Counted from the first letter of the stretch, positions 20,977-33,068 are shown. The stretch is DNA of 64,000 nt from an uncultured Pseudomonadales bacterium (GCA_964634815.1 CAZWMD010000009.1:45549-109548), one strand, 5' to 3'. Notes: generated by a model from the letters alone, not told the origin. Numbers and translations are program-made.

Positions 20977-23900
20977 CTAAACCGCTGCGAGTTCTGCTGC
21001 CTCCTCCACGTCAACAGAAACCAGACGAGACACTCCTGCCTCATGCTGTGTGACACCCATAAGATGGTCGGCCATCTCCATGGTCAGCTTGTTGTGAGTA
21101 ATCACCACAAACTGAACGTCGGCCGACATCTCTTTAATCAGGTCGGCAAATCGCACGACGTTGGAATCATCCAACGGAGCATCAACCTCATCGAGTAAAC
21201 ATACTGGCGATGGGTTGAGTTGAAAAATTGCAAAGATCAGCGCGATTGCCGTCAGCGCTTTCTCTCCACCTGATAACAGGTGAACAGAAGCGTTACGTTT
21301 ACCCGGCGGCCTCGCCATAAGCGAAACCCCGGTATCGAGCAGATCCTCCCCGGTAAGTTCTAAACTGGCGTGTCCACCGCCAAATACTTTAGGAAACAGT
21401 ACGCCGAGCCGTTTATCGACCTCTTCGAAGGTTTCTTTGAACCTGATACGAGTTTCCTTATCGATTTTGCGAATAGCGTTTTGCAGTGTTGCAAGCGCCT
21501 CTTCCAGATCCGCAAACTGGGCATCCAGGTAAGTCTTACGCTCACTCTGGCTTTCGTATTCATCGATGGCTGCCAGGTTAATCGGCCCCAACCGATTAAT
21601 CCTTCGATCCATCTTCTCTAATTCTTCACTCCAGGCAGCGTCGGTGGCATCTTCCGGCAAGCCTTCTTTAACCGCCGCAAATTCCATTCCGGTAGCTGCA
21701 AGCTGCTCACGGAGTGTTTCCGATTTCACTTTCATTCCCTGGCGATCGACTCGAGCCGTTTCGAGCTTGCCACGCAACGCCTCTAGCGCCGTTTCATAGC
21801 CGCCACGGGTTTCTTCCTGAGTACGAATATCCCGATCAACCTGCTCTAGCGCTCCGCGGAGTTCAGACAAGCTCGATTCGGTGGTCACACGCTCTGCAAG
21901 TAAGGCTTCAAGTTGAGTCTGAAGCTCCGGCAGGGGTTGTTGTGAACTCTCAATACCTTCGGTGATGGCTTTGCGACGTTCGACCAACTCTTCGGTTTGC
22001 TGCAACAGACGTTCGCGGGTGTTTCGCGCGGCGTCCAAATGAGAGGTCACACTTTGCAATTCAGAATTGACTTCGTGAAACCGGTCCTGAGCAGTTCGAG
22101 ATATCTGACGCGCCTCTTCAAGGCGTGAATTATTTGCATCGCGTTCTTCAAGCAACTGTGAGCGGCGCTCAGACTGGGCTTCACGAATAGCCTCGGCTTC
22201 ACCCAGTTGATTGCGTGCCTCACCCAATACGAGCGTCTCGGCAGTTACCTGGGCTTCAATATCGCTGCGCTCTTTGGTCAACCGTTCACGACGTGATTCG
22301 GCTTCTTCGATACGCACCTGCTTGACCCCAAGATCCGCCCGGAGTTGACCGAGCACACGATCAAGCTCTGCAGAACGATGTTGCAGGGTTTCGCGCTGAG
22401 CTTCACATTGCTCAATCGCTGACTTGTCGGTTATCACTTTGTTTTGCAAGTCAGAAAGCCGCTGTTCGGCCTCTTCAAGCGCAATGGATAGCGTTTCGAT
22501 TTGCTGCGCCCGCTGAATAATACCGGTCTCGTTTTCTTCACCGCGGATGGCCCGAACCCAGTCACACCCAAACCAGAGACCGTCCCGAGTCACAATACTT
22601 TCAAAATTTCCAAGTGATGAGCGTTGCTGCAGAGCCACTTGAATTGACTCTGCGGCGTACACGCCATCGAGTAACGCTCCCAACCCCAGTTCATCACCGC
22701 GAACAAGCGTTGCCAGTAAAGGCAATGCCCCGTCGGCACTGGTTTGAGTTTTTCCTTCGAATAATGTCACGGTGCCACTGGGCAATGCGGCCAACGCCTG
22801 AGCGTAACCGTCAATCCCGTCAACACGAATAGCCTGCAAGTCGGCACCCAACACCGCTTCAACAGCGACTTCCCAGCCAGGCACTACGCTTAGCTGTTCA
22901 GCAAGACGAGCTCCGCCACCCAGGGACTGATCTCGAAGCCAGCCTTGAACATCAGTATTGTGCTGACCTAAAGCGGCCTGTTGCACGGCTTCGGTGGCTG
23001 TCAATTCATGGCGCAGGTCATTTACTGAACCACGAGACTCTTCGAGCGACCGTTCGGTGTTCAACAAGGTTTCGCGCGCTGCAGCGAGGGCATCCAGCGT
23101 GCCCGCGACTTCAGACTGGATCTGTTGCTGCTGATCCTCGGTTTGGCTAATTTGCGCCTGGAGCGAATCCACATCGTCTGTGACTTCTGAATCGGTATCT
23201 GCTGCGGCTTCCATCTGCAACTGCTGCATCCGTCCGCGAAGACGCTGCAAGAGATTTTCAACATGGTCTATTCGAGTTGCCTGCACCTGGGCATTTTGCT
23301 CGGCTTGCGATGCCTGCCGACTGAATTCTTCCCAACCCGCCTGCCAATCGTTGACCTGAATCTCGACGCCACCCAGTGCTTCTCGTGCCGTCTCGTCGGC
23401 CCCTCGGGCCTCATCCAGCTGCGGGCTAAGGGCATCAAGCTGCGCTGACAATTCCTTGATTCGCGCATCATCCATTTCCAGCTGCCGTCGAGCCTCAGAG
23501 TCGCGGGTGCTGACCGTATCGAGATCCAGCTCAAGCTGCGCAACCCGCTGCTGGTTGTATTTCAGCGCCTCTTCGATCCGGTTGATATCCGAACCAAATT
23601 TATAGAACTGGGATTGCACCGAGTTGAGTTTTTCGCTGCGCTCACTGTATTCGAGTCGCGACTTTTCAATCTTGGTCTCTTCAGCCTGAATCTGGGCCTG
23701 TTTTTCGGCCCGTTGGTTTTCGAGCTCTGAAATGGCGGTTTCCCGCGCAGCCAACTCTTCATCCACTGCCAGCAGACGCAACGTATAGAGCTGGGCCGTC
23801 AGCTCACGTTCAATGTCCTTGAACTCGCGATACTTGGCAGCGGCGGTGGCTTGTCTCTTCAGTCGAGACAGCTGCTTGTCCAGTTCTTCACGAATATCAT

Positions 23901-24483
23901 TGAGCCGATCGAGATTCTCAACCGTATGTTTAATTCGGTTCTCGGTTTCGCGCCGACGCTCTTTGTATTTGGAAATGCCAGCGGCCTCTTCCAGATACAC
24001 CCTGAGCTCTTCAGGCTTGGCCTCGATAAGCTGGCTGATCATGCCCTGCTCAATTATTGAGTAGCTGCGAGGGCCAAAGCCGGTACCCAAAAAGACATCG
24101 AGAATATCCCGGCGCCGGCACTTCTTGCCGTTTATAAAATAGGTGGATTGAGCGTCTCGGGTGACCTGGCGCCGAATAGCTATCTCAGCGTAGCTCGCGT
24201 ACTCCCCACCAATTCGGGCATCTGAGTTATCAAATAACAGCTCAACGGTTGCCATGGCGGTAGGCTTGCGCGCGGAGGAGCCACTGAAAATCACATCGGT
24301 AATGGACTCGCCCCGCAGCTGTTTGGCCGAGCTTTCGCCCATGACCCAGCGCACGGCATCGATGACATTGGACTTGCCGCAGCCGTTAGGTCCGACAACC
24401 GCACTACGATCGCCAGGGAAACGCACCGTGGTCGGGTCGACAAACGACTTAAAGCCCGCCAATTTGATCTGTTTCAGGCGCAC
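20977..24483 (-). CDS. smc: chromosome segregation protein SMC
   Basis: The 1168-aa product starts [14 protein letters not shown] and has Walker [10 protein letters not shown]. Long coiled-coil arms flank a hinge. The C-terminal signature [18 protein letters not shown] and Walker [11 protein letters not shown] are present. Confidence 0.95.
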   Translation of the reverse strand: MRLKQIKLAGFKSFVDPTTVRFPGDRSAVVGPNGCGKSNVIDAVRWVMGESSAKQLRGESITDVIFSGSSARKPTAMATVELLFDNSDARIGGEYASYAEIAIRRQVTRDAQSTYFINGKKCRRRDILDVFLGTGFGPRSYSIIEQGMISQLIEAKPEELRVYLEEAAGISKYKERRRETENRIKHTVENLDRLNDIREELDKQLSRLKRQATAAAKYREFKDIERELTAQLYTLRLLAVDEELAARETAISELENQRAEKQAQIQAEETKIEKSRLEYSERSEKLNSVQSQFYKFGSDINRIEEALKYNQQRVAQLELDLDTVSTRDSEARRQLEMDDARIKELSAQLDALSPQLDEARGADETAREALGGVEIQVNDWQAGWEEFSRQASQAEQNAQVQATRIDHVENLLQRLRGRMQQLQMEAAADTDSEVTDDVDSLQAQISQTEDQQQQIQSEVAGTLDALAAARETLLNTERSLEESRGSVNDLRHELTATEAVQQAALGQHNTDVQGWLRDQSLGGGARLAEQLSVVPGWEVAVEAVLGADLQAIRVDGIDGYAQALAALPSGTVTLFEGKTQTSADGALPLLATLVRGDELGLGALLDGVYAAESIQVALQQRSSLGNFESIVTRDGLWFGCDWVRAIRGEENETGIIQRAQQIETLSIALEEAEQRLSDLQNKVITDKSAIEQCEAQRETLQHRSAELDRVLGQLRADLGVKQVRIEEAESRRERLTKERSDIEAQVTAETLVLGEARNQLGEAEAIREAQSERRSQLLEERDANNSRLEEARQISRTAQDRFHEVNSELQSVTSHLDAARNTRERLLQQTEELVERRKAITEGIESSQQPLPELQTQLEALLAERVTTESSLSELRGALEQVDRDIRTQEETRGGYETALEALRGKLETARVDRQGMKVKSETLREQLAATGMEFAAVKEGLPEDATDAAWSEELEKMDRRINRLGPINLAAIDEYESQSERKTYLDAQFADLEEALATLQNAIRKIDKETRIRFKETFEEVDKRLGVLFPKVFGGGHASLELTGEDLLDTGVSLMARPPGKRNASVHLLSGGEKALTAIALIFAIFQLNPSPVCLLDEVDAPLDDSNVVRFADLIKEMSADVQFVVITHNKLTMEMADHLMGVTQHEAGVSRLVSVDVEEAAELAAV

Positions 24484-24786
24484 AGGCTAGACCCGGTCAA
24501 AGCGTCGTGCAGGACGCCCTACGAAGAGAAGAATTGTAAGCTGAGCAAGAAGCCGCTTCTGTCGCTGCATCGGGTTCAAATAGCCGAAGAAAATGCCGCC
24601 AAGGCGAAGCGAGTTAGTCTAAAGGGAAAGGAGCACCTGGGTAAGCCCCCTGACATTGATCAGAGTGAAAAAAACGTGAGTTTTTTGCCCCGGGCAGGGT
24701 CTTGAGATTGTCCAACCCCGCGGATCAGGACGCTGCGGGTCCAGGACCCCGTCCGGCGGAGCCTGGATCCCCGCGATAGGGAGGGT

Positions 24787-25677
24787 TTAGCCTATCGCAA
24801 GACGGGCATCACGGCGCAACATTGCTTGCAAAATTTGCCGAATACGCTCGGCATCATGAGCCGAAGTCGCATCAAACAGTGCCTGGGCACAGCGTCGGGT
24901 ATCGCCGGGATCAAACGCCGGATTATTGCTGGCAAGCAACATCAGACGCCGGGCTGAACCGGACAGACCGCGCAACAAATCAGCGGTGAAATCGTTGTCG
25001 ATACTCGCCTGGGGAAGTTCAAAGAACGCCTGTCGGGCAGCAACCAGCTCGGGAAAATCTTCCGCCTCAATGGCCGCATTGATCCGGGCCAGGCCCGCCT
25101 TAAGGGGCGCCAGAGCGGCCGCATTAGGACGTCTGCTTGCCAATTCGGTAAACAGCGTACCTGTCACCTGTGCAATCACCTCGGCGATGCTGGCGAGTTC
25201 ACTATTGTTCAGTGGTCTGACGAGGGCGCCTCGGCGGGGCAATATGCTCACCAAATGACGCCCCTCCATAACCAGCAGGGCTTCGCGCACTGAGCCGCGA
25301 GATACGCCAAGATCCCCCGCCACCTTCAGCTCCTGAATGCGCTCGCGTGGTGCCAGGGTGCCAAAGACAATACCGTCTTCGAGATGCCGGGCGATACGCT
25401 CAACGGTACTTACCGCCACCGCAGGCGGCTCTCCGGTTGGAGCTGTGTTTTCCGCAGCCACCGCAACATCTGCGTTTGCGCTGGTCGCTCTCAGGGTCGC
25501 TGGTTGATTCTTTGTTTCTGGAGCGTCCGAAATCGGCGCTGCGATGGTATTGGACACGTCAAATGCTCCTGCTGTTACTGTTCTCTGCTTATTTGAGACA
25601 GGGTAGACCGCAGAATGTTTCCAAATGTTCCGAAAAATATGCGTATTGAGGCTTAAAAATGGTAATCGACTGCTCAA
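24787..25677 (-). CDS. GntR/FadR-family transcriptional regulator
   Basis: The wHTH segment is IARHLEDGIVFGTLAPRERIQELKVAGDLGVSRGSVREALLVMEGRHLV, followed by an FCD-like helical C-terminus. The tracked ATG adds about 90 aa of low-complexity N-terminus. An alternative GTG at 25557 is preceded by AGGAG plus 8 nt. Confidence 0.8.
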   Translation of the reverse strand: MSSRLPFLSLNTHIFRNIWKHSAVYPVSNKQRTVTAGAFDVSNTIAAPISDAPETKNQPATLRATSANADVAVAAENTAPTGEPPAVAVSTVERIARHLEDGIVFGTLAPRERIQELKVAGDLGVSRGSVREALLVMEGRHLVSILPRRGALVRPLNNSELASIAEVIAQVTGTLFTELASRRPNAAALAPLKAGLARINAAIEAEDFPELVAARQAFFELPQASIDNDFTADLLRGLSGSARRLMLLASNNPAFDPGDTRRCAQALFDATSAHDAERIRQILQAMLRRDARLAIG

Positions 25678-25693
25678 TCGCCAGTTTGAGGGC

Positions 25694-26944
25694 CTATCCA
25701 GCTGGTCTCAGCTCTGCCCGCAGAAGAATGGGTTGGTTGGTTGCGGTCAGTTCCAATGGCTTCGATTGCCACTGCCAATCCCCCGGACCCGCTTGCGGGC
25801 GGCCGGTCAGAGACAACCGGGCCACTATTTCCACCGTCCCCGCACCTGACAATGGGTTTGCCGGATTCATACTCACCGCATCATCCAGTCGAATCTGCTC
25901 CGTAATCCCGGCCACAGGGCGGCGCACCACCGCATAAGGAATGCCACCACCTACTGGCCGGGCAATGACAAACAGCACAGCATCTGCAGGAGGCTCGCCG
26001 GCTAGAGACAGAGCGACATCGATGGTCGGTCCGGATACCCCCAGCGAGGCCCTGGCCTGGTCATAGCCCTGCGCCAGCAGGTCACGTTGCTCCTGGGTTA
26101 AGTTGTTAGACAATGCGCTATTGAGATAGCTGACTGCCGTTGCAAAGTCGTCACTGCGAAACGCTGCCAGAGCCAGCATGTTTAGTACCATCGGCTGGTT
26201 CGGCTGGGTGCCAAGTACCCGCTGAGCGATCTCCCGGGTTGCCTCAGACAGCTTCCCGTTATCGGCCAGCAGGCGTGCTTGTAACCAATACAAATCCAGG
26301 TTCGGGTCAGCCCCCACCAACTCAGAGGCAGCTTCAAAGGCATCTGAGGCCTGGGTATAGGATTGCAATTTGAGTTCACCAATACCCAGCAAATACCAGC
26401 TACCTGCGGCCTCCGGATCTCTGGCAACGTGGGCTCGCAGACCTCCTGTGAGCCTGCGCAATTGCATGATCGCGGGGTCTGAGCCATCCCCTTTCATTTC
26501 GCCAAGCGAGGGTAGCTGGAGTATCTCTCTCGCTTCTTCTAATTGATCGGCGCCGGGTGTGCCAAGACTCCAGTAAGTGAACAGCGGGCCAACCACCAAT
26601 AAGGTCGCTGCGGCAAGCTTGGGACCAAGGCCCAAACCTCGGGGGGTTGAAAGTCCGTTGGATGCGTTTGCTGCTTCCCCCTGAGCACCGGCTGGGACAG
26701 TCAGGCGGTCATCAAGCAGTTGCCGCGCCTTGTCTGCAAGCAGCGCTGACCGAGCCGAGTCGTCAAGCGTGCGGTCTTCTAACAACTCACGTTCGAAGGC
26801 TTGATAGAGCCCCATATTGTAGGCGTCACGGGCGTCACCGGAGTTTCTTTGCTCTGACTGGGCGTCAGACCTGGTGCGCGACCAAAGTGGCCAGCAAAAC
26901 ATCACGGCCAGAAGCGTCAAACCAGCCAGGGCCAACTCAAACAT
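25694..26944 (-). CDS. ccmI: cytochrome c-type biogenesis protein CcmI (CycH), TPR
   Basis: This is the last gene of the ccm operon. The N-terminal TM segment is MFELALAGLTLLAVMFCWPLW, followed by TPR-like repeats. I set the start at the ATG 26944, which overlaps the ccmH stop by 8 nt (ATGTTTGA). The tracked ORF instead extends to 27031. Confidence 0.75.
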   Translation of the reverse strand: MFELALAGLTLLAVMFCWPLWSRTRSDAQSEQRNSGDARDAYNMGLYQAFERELLEDRTLDDSARSALLADKARQLLDDRLTVPAGAQGEAANASNGLSTPRGLGLGPKLAAATLLVVGPLFTYWSLGTPGADQLEEAREILQLPSLGEMKGDGSDPAIMQLRRLTGGLRAHVARDPEAAGSWYLLGIGELKLQSYTQASDAFEAASELVGADPNLDLYWLQARLLADNGKLSEATREIAQRVLGTQPNQPMVLNMLALAAFRSDDFATAVSYLNSALSNNLTQEQRDLLAQGYDQARASLGVSGPTIDVALSLAGEPPADAVLFVIARPVGGGIPYAVVRRPVAGITEQIRLDDAVSMNPANPLSGAGTVEIVARLSLTGRPQAGPGDWQWQSKPLELTATNQPILLRAELRPAG

Positions 26945-27476
26945 CAAGCTGCCCTGCGCGCTTGTCAGATCGCGCGGGGGTCTTTGACCCGCTGCCGAGT
27001 TCAGCAACCAGTGCCTCAAGCTGCTGGGCATCCTCCTCGCTTAGCGCCGGAGCTGATCCCGGCAACTGTGGCTGACGGCGAGCGAGTTTAAAAACAACCA
27101 GCACCGTTGCCAGAAAACCAAGCCCGGGTAACAGCCAAAGCAACAGTGTGTTGGCACGTACCGGCGGATCATAGAGCACAAAGTCTCCGTATCTGTCCTG
27201 CAGAAATTCAAGGATTTGAGAATCAGACTTGCCCTCTCCCAGCAATCGGTGGACCGTCACTCGCAAGTCTTTGGCAATGGGGGCATCTGATCCAGCTATG
27301 TTGACGTTCTGACATTTGGGGCAGCGAATTTGCCCGATGAGTCCGCGATAGCGCACCTCATGCGCTGAAGAGTCGAAATTGAACGTATCAACTGTACTCG
27401 CAGCATGAGCCGAATACGGCTGGGCTGTAGCAACGAATACGCCAAGGCCAAGCAAAATAAAGAGCAACCGAGGCAT
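26937..27476 (-). CDS. ccmH: cytochrome c-type biogenesis protein CcmH
   Basis: The product has a signal peptide and the motif IRCPKCQNVNIAGSDAPIAKDLR (CxxC), followed by a TM segment. Confidence 0.85.
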   Translation of the reverse strand: MPRLLFILLGLGVFVATAQPYSAHAASTVDTFNFDSSAHEVRYRGLIGQIRCPKCQNVNIAGSDAPIAKDLRVTVHRLLGEGKSDSQILEFLQDRYGDFVLYDPPVRANTLLLWLLPGLGFLATVLVVFKLARRQPQLPGSAPALSEEDAQQLEALVAELGSGSKTPARSDKRAGQLDV

Positions 27477-27478
27477 GG

Positions 27479-28078
27479 CTAGTTAAAGAACTCCATATTT
27501 TTCAACCGAGGCTCGAGTTCATTGGCCCAAATGCGGGGATTAATATCGCCAACCCGCTTGTACACAATTTGCCCCTGAGCATTCAGTAAAAAAGATTCCG
27601 GCGCGCCATAGACGCCGAGATCTACGCCGAGCTGGCCATCAAGATCTTCAATATGAAACTTATAGGGGTCACCATATTTCGCCAGCCATTGCCGGGCCAG
27701 CTCTGGCCTGTCTTTGTAGTTGACTCCAACAATCGGCAGACCATAGGTTTCCGAGATACGGCGCAGTTCATCATGCTCGGCAAGGCAGGTGGGGCACCAG
27801 GTAGCCCAGACATTGACCAATACAATTTGTCCCAACAAATTGTCCCGCGTTGCAAACTGTTCCGCCCCCCCAGTTCCCCGGGTATCCAAAAGTCTCGCTC
27901 GAAACTCCGGGAAGGGTTTGCCGAGTAACGCAGACGGTAGTTGCTTACGATCGCCCAACTGAAATCCAATATAGGCAATCACAACTATCGCCAGGAACAA
28001 CAGCAGCGGAATAAACAGCCTGCTGCGACTAATTATCTGGGGGGCATCAGACACTGCCGATATCTCCGGTTGTGTCAC
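27479..28078 (-). CDS. ccmG: thiol:disulfide interchange protein DsbE/CcmG
   Basis: The product has a TM anchor, the thioredoxin motif WATWCPTC and GVYGAPE. Confidence 0.9.
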   Translation of the reverse strand: MTQPEISAVSDAPQIISRSRLFIPLLLFLAIVVIAYIGFQLGDRKQLPSALLGKPFPEFRARLLDTRGTGGAEQFATRDNLLGQIVLVNVWATWCPTCLAEHDELRRISETYGLPIVGVNYKDRPELARQWLAKYGDPYKFHIEDLDGQLGVDLGVYGAPESFLLNAQGQIVYKRVGDINPRIWANELEPRLKNMEFFN

Positions 28079-30068
28079 GAGCGGTTAGTTTTGCGAGTGA
28101 CGAAAGCGCTGATTCTTTCTCACGTGCAGCGAGTCGCCGATAACGCTTATCAAACAGCGCCCAGGTTCCTCCAAGAGCCATTAGCATGGCCCCAAACCAG
28201 ACCCAGCGAACAAGAGGCTTATGCTGCACACGTACCGCCCAGGCTGATTTGCCCGTGGTCTCATCGCTACCCAGTGCTTCGCCTAAAGAAACGTAGATAT
28301 CTCGCAGAAATCCGGGCTCGATGGCCGCCTCGGTCATAATATTGTTGTTGGCCTGATAGCGGCGCTTCTCGGGGAAGAGCTCAAAGACAGCCGTTCCCTC
28401 GGTGACAATAAAGTGTCCCTGATCCGCCACATAATTGGGACCTTGAACGGGCTTAACGCCAACAAATTCGTAAACCAGACTGCCGGCTGCAAGACGGTCG
28501 CCCGCCACCATGCGAAGATCTTTTTCAAAGGAATAGATACTGGTTACCGACACACCGATTATGGTCGCTGCAAAACCCAGGTGGGCAATAAACATACCCC
28601 AGTACGCTCCGGGGGGGCGCGAACCCGCTGCAAGACGCGCCCAGAGATCCACAACATGGGAGCCAACGATCCAGCCCGCGAGCAGCAGTGCGCCAAGCAC
28701 AGACCAGGAGATTTCCGCATCAGATAGCAACAGTATAAGAGTTGGCAGTATCAGCCCCAATGCAAACGCGCAGGCACCGCCTAAAGCCATGGACCGCAGA
28801 ATTTTCTTAATCGGCGTGTTCTTCCAGCGCACCATGGGCGATAACCCCAGAGCTAGCGCCAGGAGCACCATAAGCGGAATAAATATGCCGTTGAAGTAAG
28901 GCGGACCCACGCTGATCTTTCCGCCGCCAGTAAGCGCTTCGTAGGCAATGGGCCAGAGTGTTCCGAACAAAACTACCGCCATGGATAGCACCAGCAGCAG
29001 ATTGTTCACTAACAACAAAAGCTCGCGACTGAGGCCGCCAAAGCCACTGCGAGACCGAATCACCGGAACACGCAAACCATAGAGCAGCAGCGAGCCACCA
29101 ATCACCACAACCAAAAATCCAAGAATGAACAGACCGCGTGTCGGATCCACAGCAAAGGCATGCACGCTGGTCAGCACACCACTACGAACAATGAATGCAC
29201 CCAGCAGAGACAATGAAAAAGCGGCAATGGCAAGCAGCACCGTCCAACTCTTAAAGACCCCACGCTTTTCAGTGACTGCCAGCGAATGAACAAGCGCTGT
29301 GCCCACGAGCCACGGCATAAAGGACGCATTTTCCACGGGATCCCAAAACCACCAGCCTCCCCAACCCAATTCGTAGTACGCCCACCAGCTACCCAGGGCA
29401 ATCCCCACCGTTAAGAACGCCCAGGCAACATTGGTCCAGGGCCGACACCAACGAGCCCAGGCGCCATCCAGCCGGCCACCCAGGAGGGCCGCAATCGCAA
29501 ACGCAAAGGCGACTGAAAAGCCCACGTAGCCGGTGTACAACATAGGTGGATGGACAATGAGGCCAAAATCCTGCAACAACGGATTCAGATCGGCTCCGTC
29601 AGGCGGCGGTAGTGGCAAGAGCCTTTCAAACGGGTTGCTGGTAAAAAGCAGGAAGGCGATAAAGCCCAGATTCAGCAAACTCATCACACCAAGCACCCGG
29701 GCGCGAAACGCGTCTGGGTAGGCCGCGTTGGTTGCTGCAACTGCTGTCGTCCAGGCGGTCATAATGAGCGTCCACAGTAAAAAGGAGCCTTCGTGTGCAC
29801 CCCACAGCGCACTGACTTTGTAATACCACGGCAGCAAAGAATTGGAATTGCGCGCGACGTAGGCCACTGTGAAGTCGTCTTGCAAAAAAGCATGCAGCAA
29901 GGCAATGAAAGCGAGCAGAACAAAAAACATCTGCCCAAACACCATCAATCGGCTGCCACTCATGAGCGGTTTGCTCAGACGCCAGGCGCCATAGAGGCCA
30001 CCGGTGCTCCCAAGCAACGCAAGTGCCCCAGCCAATATCAGCGCAAAATGGCCAATCTCAGTGATCAT
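28047..30068 (-). CDS. ccmF: cytochrome c heme lyase subunit CcmF
   Basis: The 673-aa product is a polytopic membrane protein. It starts [12 protein letters not shown] and contains the Trp-rich [18 protein letters not shown] motif. Confidence 0.95.
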   Translation of the reverse strand: MITEIGHFALILAGALALLGSTGGLYGAWRLSKPLMSGSRLMVFGQMFFVLLAFIALLHAFLQDDFTVAYVARNSNSLLPWYYKVSALWGAHEGSFLLWTLIMTAWTTAVAATNAAYPDAFRARVLGVMSLLNLGFIAFLLFTSNPFERLLPLPPPDGADLNPLLQDFGLIVHPPMLYTGYVGFSVAFAFAIAALLGGRLDGAWARWCRPWTNVAWAFLTVGIALGSWWAYYELGWGGWWFWDPVENASFMPWLVGTALVHSLAVTEKRGVFKSWTVLLAIAAFSLSLLGAFIVRSGVLTSVHAFAVDPTRGLFILGFLVVVIGGSLLLYGLRVPVIRSRSGFGGLSRELLLLVNNLLLVLSMAVVLFGTLWPIAYEALTGGGKISVGPPYFNGIFIPLMVLLALALGLSPMVRWKNTPIKKILRSMALGGACAFALGLILPTLILLLSDAEISWSVLGALLLAGWIVGSHVVDLWARLAAGSRPPGAYWGMFIAHLGFAATIIGVSVTSIYSFEKDLRMVAGDRLAAGSLVYEFVGVKPVQGPNYVADQGHFIVTEGTAVFELFPEKRRYQANNNIMTEAAIEPGFLRDIYVSLGEALGSDETTGKSAWAVRVQHKPLVRWVWFGAMLMALGGTWALFDKRYRRLAAREKESALSSLAKLTARDTTGDIGSV

Positions 30069-30640
30069 GATCCGCTACCCTGTCGCACCGGCCATTCGGC
30101 TGCCGGCAATTCGTTGCCTCTGGGCGAGGCTCCAGCCGGCGTGACCGGGGTGGGCAGAGTGGGAGTCTTTGGCATGCCGCCAGGCGTCTCATCAGCAGCG
30201 CCTGGGGAATTTTGTGCCATGTTGGCTAGCTCCGGCGGCATGTAGTTTTCGTCATGCTTGGCCAGCACCTGTTCCGCAAGAAACACACCGTTATCATCTA
30301 GCTTACCTGTCGCGACAATGCCTTGGCCCTCGCGGAACAGGTCGGGAAGAATGCCGGTATAGAGGACGTCAAAATCGGCTCCGGCCAGATCAGAGAGCGT
30401 GAAACGGACTTCCAAACCATCACCGCCATGAGAATCTGAGCGTTTCACACTGCCTTCCTTAACCATACCCCCGGCACGAATCCGTTTATCAACCGGTGCC
30501 TCGCCTGAGACAATTTTGTCAGGTGGATAAAACAGATTAACGTTCTCTTCCAACGCCAGCAGCAGAAATCCAACCACAGCAGCGGCACCAAGAAACAGGT
30601 ATCCAATCAGAATCAATCGCTGCTTGCGCTGCGCTTTCAT
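30065..30640 (-). CDS. ccmE: heme chaperone CcmE (with extended Pro/Ala-rich C-terminal tail)
   Basis: The N-terminal anchor is followed by [21 protein letters not shown] and the heme-binding region [13 protein letters not shown]. The stop overlaps the ccmF start by 4 nt. Confidence 0.9.
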   Translation of the reverse strand: MKAQRKQRLILIGYLFLGAAAVVGFLLLALEENVNLFYPPDKIVSGEAPVDKRIRAGGMVKEGSVKRSDSHGGDGLEVRFTLSDLAGADFDVLYTGILPDLFREGQGIVATGKLDDNGVFLAEQVLAKHDENYMPPELANMAQNSPGAADETPGGMPKTPTLPTPVTPAGASPRGNELPAAEWPVRQGSGS

Positions 30641-30855
30641 AATCCGGCCTCAAGATCATTGGATTGACCACGTCCGACGGCATTCTGCTGGCTGCGCTTA
30701 CGCTGGGCCACCAGCTCGCGACGAGTTTTACTGTGGGTGTGGACACTGTGCCACGCCAGACCCACTAGCACCAAGAAAGTCAGCCCGTAGGCGAGCCACA
30801 CGTAAAATCCGTGACTGCCCATCGCCAAAAATTCACCAAAGCTGTCAAACGCCAT
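30637..30855 (-). CDS. ccmD: heme exporter protein CcmD
   Basis: This small single-TM protein ([35 protein letters not shown]) lies between ccmC and ccmE. I chose the internal ATG of the tracked ORF 30637..30969, which overlaps the ccmC stop by 11 nt. Confidence 0.65.
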   Translation of the reverse strand: MAFDSFGEFLAMGSHGFYVWLAYGLTFLVLVGLAWHSVHTHSKTRRELVAQRKRSQQNAVGRGQSNDLEAGL

Positions 30856-31669
30856 TGGGATGTTCCGCAGACGCCGACACAGACGATGACAAAGTTGGGG
30901 CTGCATCAAGCGCCTGAACCCAGCGCGTGTTGGCGTGCTGTCGGAGAACCAGGTTGCGCATTCGGGCAATCATTACCGTTGCCAGGAAACAATAAAATCC
31001 AAGTACATTGACTAGCAAAGGCAAATACATAGAAGCCGGCATCGCTGGCCGCTCTGTAAGAGACAGGCTGGAGGTCTGATGCAGCGTATTCCACCACTCT
31101 ACGGAGTACTTGATGATCGGTATGTTCACCAGCCCCACAATCGCAAGCACGGCACAGGCTCGCCCCGCTGCCTCTGCCCGAGGCACAGCCCCGCGCAAGG
31201 CAAAAAGCGCGATATATAAAAACAGCATGACCAGAGTGGAAATTGTGCGCGCATCCGATACCCACCAGGCCCCCCAGGTCGGCCGACCCCAGATGCTGCC
31301 GGATGCCAGCGCCAACGCGGTTAGCGCCATTCCAACAGGCACACCCGCCTCTAGTGCTATGTCGGCCATCTTCATACGCCAAACCAGCAACACCAATCCA
31401 GCAGCACCGAGCATCATGAAGCAGGATTGCGCAACGATTGCCGTCGGCACATGCACAAACATAATCCGGTAGCTGTTGCCCTGCTGGTAGTCCACTGGGG
31501 CAAACGCCAGGCCCCATACGGTACCGATTAACAAGAACAAGACCGCAGCACCGCCAAACCAGCGTTGCCAGCTGCCGCCTATCTCATAGAACCAGCGCGG
31601 CGACCCAAGCTTGTGCCAGAGCTGAGTCAGCCAGCCTTGTTTGTTCACCACATCGGTTTTGTTGTTCAT
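30845..31669 (-). CDS. ccmC: heme exporter protein CcmC
   Basis: The product is a polytopic membrane protein with the WWD-type motif [15 protein letters not shown]. Confidence 0.9.
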   Translation of the reverse strand: MNNKTDVVNKQGWLTQLWHKLGSPRWFYEIGGSWQRWFGGAAVLFLLIGTVWGLAFAPVDYQQGNSYRIMFVHVPTAIVAQSCFMMLGAAGLVLLVWRMKMADIALEAGVPVGMALTALALASGSIWGRPTWGAWWVSDARTISTLVMLFLYIALFALRGAVPRAEAAGRACAVLAIVGLVNIPIIKYSVEWWNTLHQTSSLSLTERPAMPASMYLPLLVNVLGFYCFLATVMIARMRNLVLRQHANTRWVQALDAAPTLSSSVSASAEHPNGV

Positions 31670-31731
31670 GCAAGCGTTCTCGCTGGTGCCTGGATGATTC
31701 TACTACAGTGCCGAGCGTACAGTGCCGAGCG

Positions 31732-32400
31732 CTACTGCTCGACACCAATCTTCAGAGCAGCGGCAATGGCGAAGGGGGCCAGTGTCACCGCTCCGGCCAG
31801 CAGTGCACACAAAATAAGTAGCGGAAACCTGGGTGCGTCGCCAAACAACAGGGTCTCACTAACCGCTGTACCAAAAATGAGTACTGGCACAAACAGTGGC
31901 AAGATAATAAGCGCAAGCAATGTGCCTCCCCGGCCCGCACCGAGCGTTAAGGCGGCACCAATACCGGACAGCAGCGTGATGGTTGGTGTGCCCAGTGCAA
32001 GGCTCAGCATCAACAGGGGTATTTGCTCCGCCGGCAAGTGCAACATCAGCCCCGCCAGAGGAGAAAGCAGCGTGAGCGGCGCCCCGGTAACCAGCCATTG
32101 CGCACAGGCTTTACCCAATACCGCCAGATACAAGGGTCGTGCACCGAGTACCAGCTGCTCAAGCGACCCATCATCGTAATCTTGACGGTATAACCCTTCC
32201 ACAGATAACAGCGCTGCCAGCAACGCAAGCACCCAGACAACTCCGGGCGCAATACGGGCAAGCACCGCCGGATCAGGGCCAACCCCTAACGGAAACAAAC
32301 TAACCACCAGCAGAAAGAAAGCCAGGGGATTAAGGATCTGGCTGGGCTGCCTCAGGTTAGCTCGAACATCGCGCGCCGCACTTGCCCAAAAAATACTCAA
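31732..32400 (-). CDS. ccmB: heme exporter membrane protein CcmB
   Basis: The 222-aa product is a six-TM-like protein lying between ccmA and ccmC. It contains FFLLVVSLFPLGVGPD. Confidence 0.9.
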   Translation of the reverse strand: MSIFWASAARDVRANLRQPSQILNPLAFFLLVVSLFPLGVGPDPAVLARIAPGVVWVLALLAALLSVEGLYRQDYDDGSLEQLVLGARPLYLAVLGKACAQWLVTGAPLTLLSPLAGLMLHLPAEQIPLLMLSLALGTPTITLLSGIGAALTLGAGRGGTLLALIILPLFVPVLIFGTAVSETLLFGDAPRFPLLILCALLAGAVTLAPFAIAAALKIGVEQ

Positions 32401-33068
32401 GGCCCCAAACTCAAGCCACTGGCATCGTCTGGCGCAGCAACGGTGGCAACGGAGGCAAGATCCAGGGTTATGCAGTTATCAAACGGCAGTGCCTGGTGAG
32501 TTGCACAGACGGCACTGCCGCCACGTTCCACATGCTGTGCAAGCACTCGCCCCAAAAGTCGAGATCCTGGTTTGTCGAGAGCAGTAAGAGGTTCATCCAA
32601 TAACCACAGAGGTGCTCTGGATACCAACAAACGTGCAAGCCCAACACGTCTTAGCTGACCCGCGGAGAGCGATGCGCAGCGTACTGATTCATAGCCTGCC
32701 AAACCCACCGACTCTAGGGCTTCGGTCAGTGAATTCACCTCAGCCCGTTTCAGCCCCACATCTGATGGGGTAGCACCAGGCGCATCGATGTGCGACAGGA
32801 ATCGCAGGTTTTCAATGGTAGACAATTGGCCGCACATCCCCGGCTTGTGCCCGCAGTAGAGCAAGGGCGCTGAGGAAATCTCGCCCGAATAGTCAGGGTA
32901 CAGACCGGCGATGCAACGCAATAACGTTGATTTCCCTGCACCGTTTGCGCCTTCTAGCGATACCACCTGGCCAGGATCGAGCCGCAGCTGCAGTTGGCTG
33001 AAAAGAACTCTGCCATCACGCACGCATTCCAGATCATCGACCTGCAGCAAGGCCTTATCCGCACCCAT
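32397..33068 (-). CDS. ccmA: heme exporter ATP-binding protein CcmA
   Basis: Walker A is GANGAGKSTLLR, the signature-like segment is LSAGQLRRVGLARL, and Walker B is LWLLDEP. Confidence 0.9.
   Translation of the reverse strand: MGADKALLQVDDLECVRDGRVLFSQLQLRLDPGQVVSLEGANGAGKSTLLRCIAGLYPDYSGEISSAPLLYCGHKPGMCGQLSTIENLRFLSHIDAPGATPSDVGLKRAEVNSLTEALESVGLAGYESVRCASLSAGQLRRVGLARLLVSRAPLWLLDEPLTALDKPGSRLLGRVLAQHVERGGSAVCATHQALPFDNCITLDLASVATVAAPDDASGLSLGP

Noticed and set aside
20865-21056. 63-aa ORF overlapping the 3' end of smc and the smc-zipA spacer
   Set aside because: It overlaps the conserved SMC C-terminus in another frame and has no motifs or RBS.
24484-24786. 303-nt intergenic region between gntR and smc, examined for tRNA, small RNA, REP elements or a terminator
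   Set aside because: I could find only short GC stems (for example GGG[GA]TCCAGG...CCTGGACCC) and an A6/T7 palindrome. There is no cloverleaf, no T-tract terminator and no repeat shared with other intergenic regions in the window. This is not enough to call a feature.
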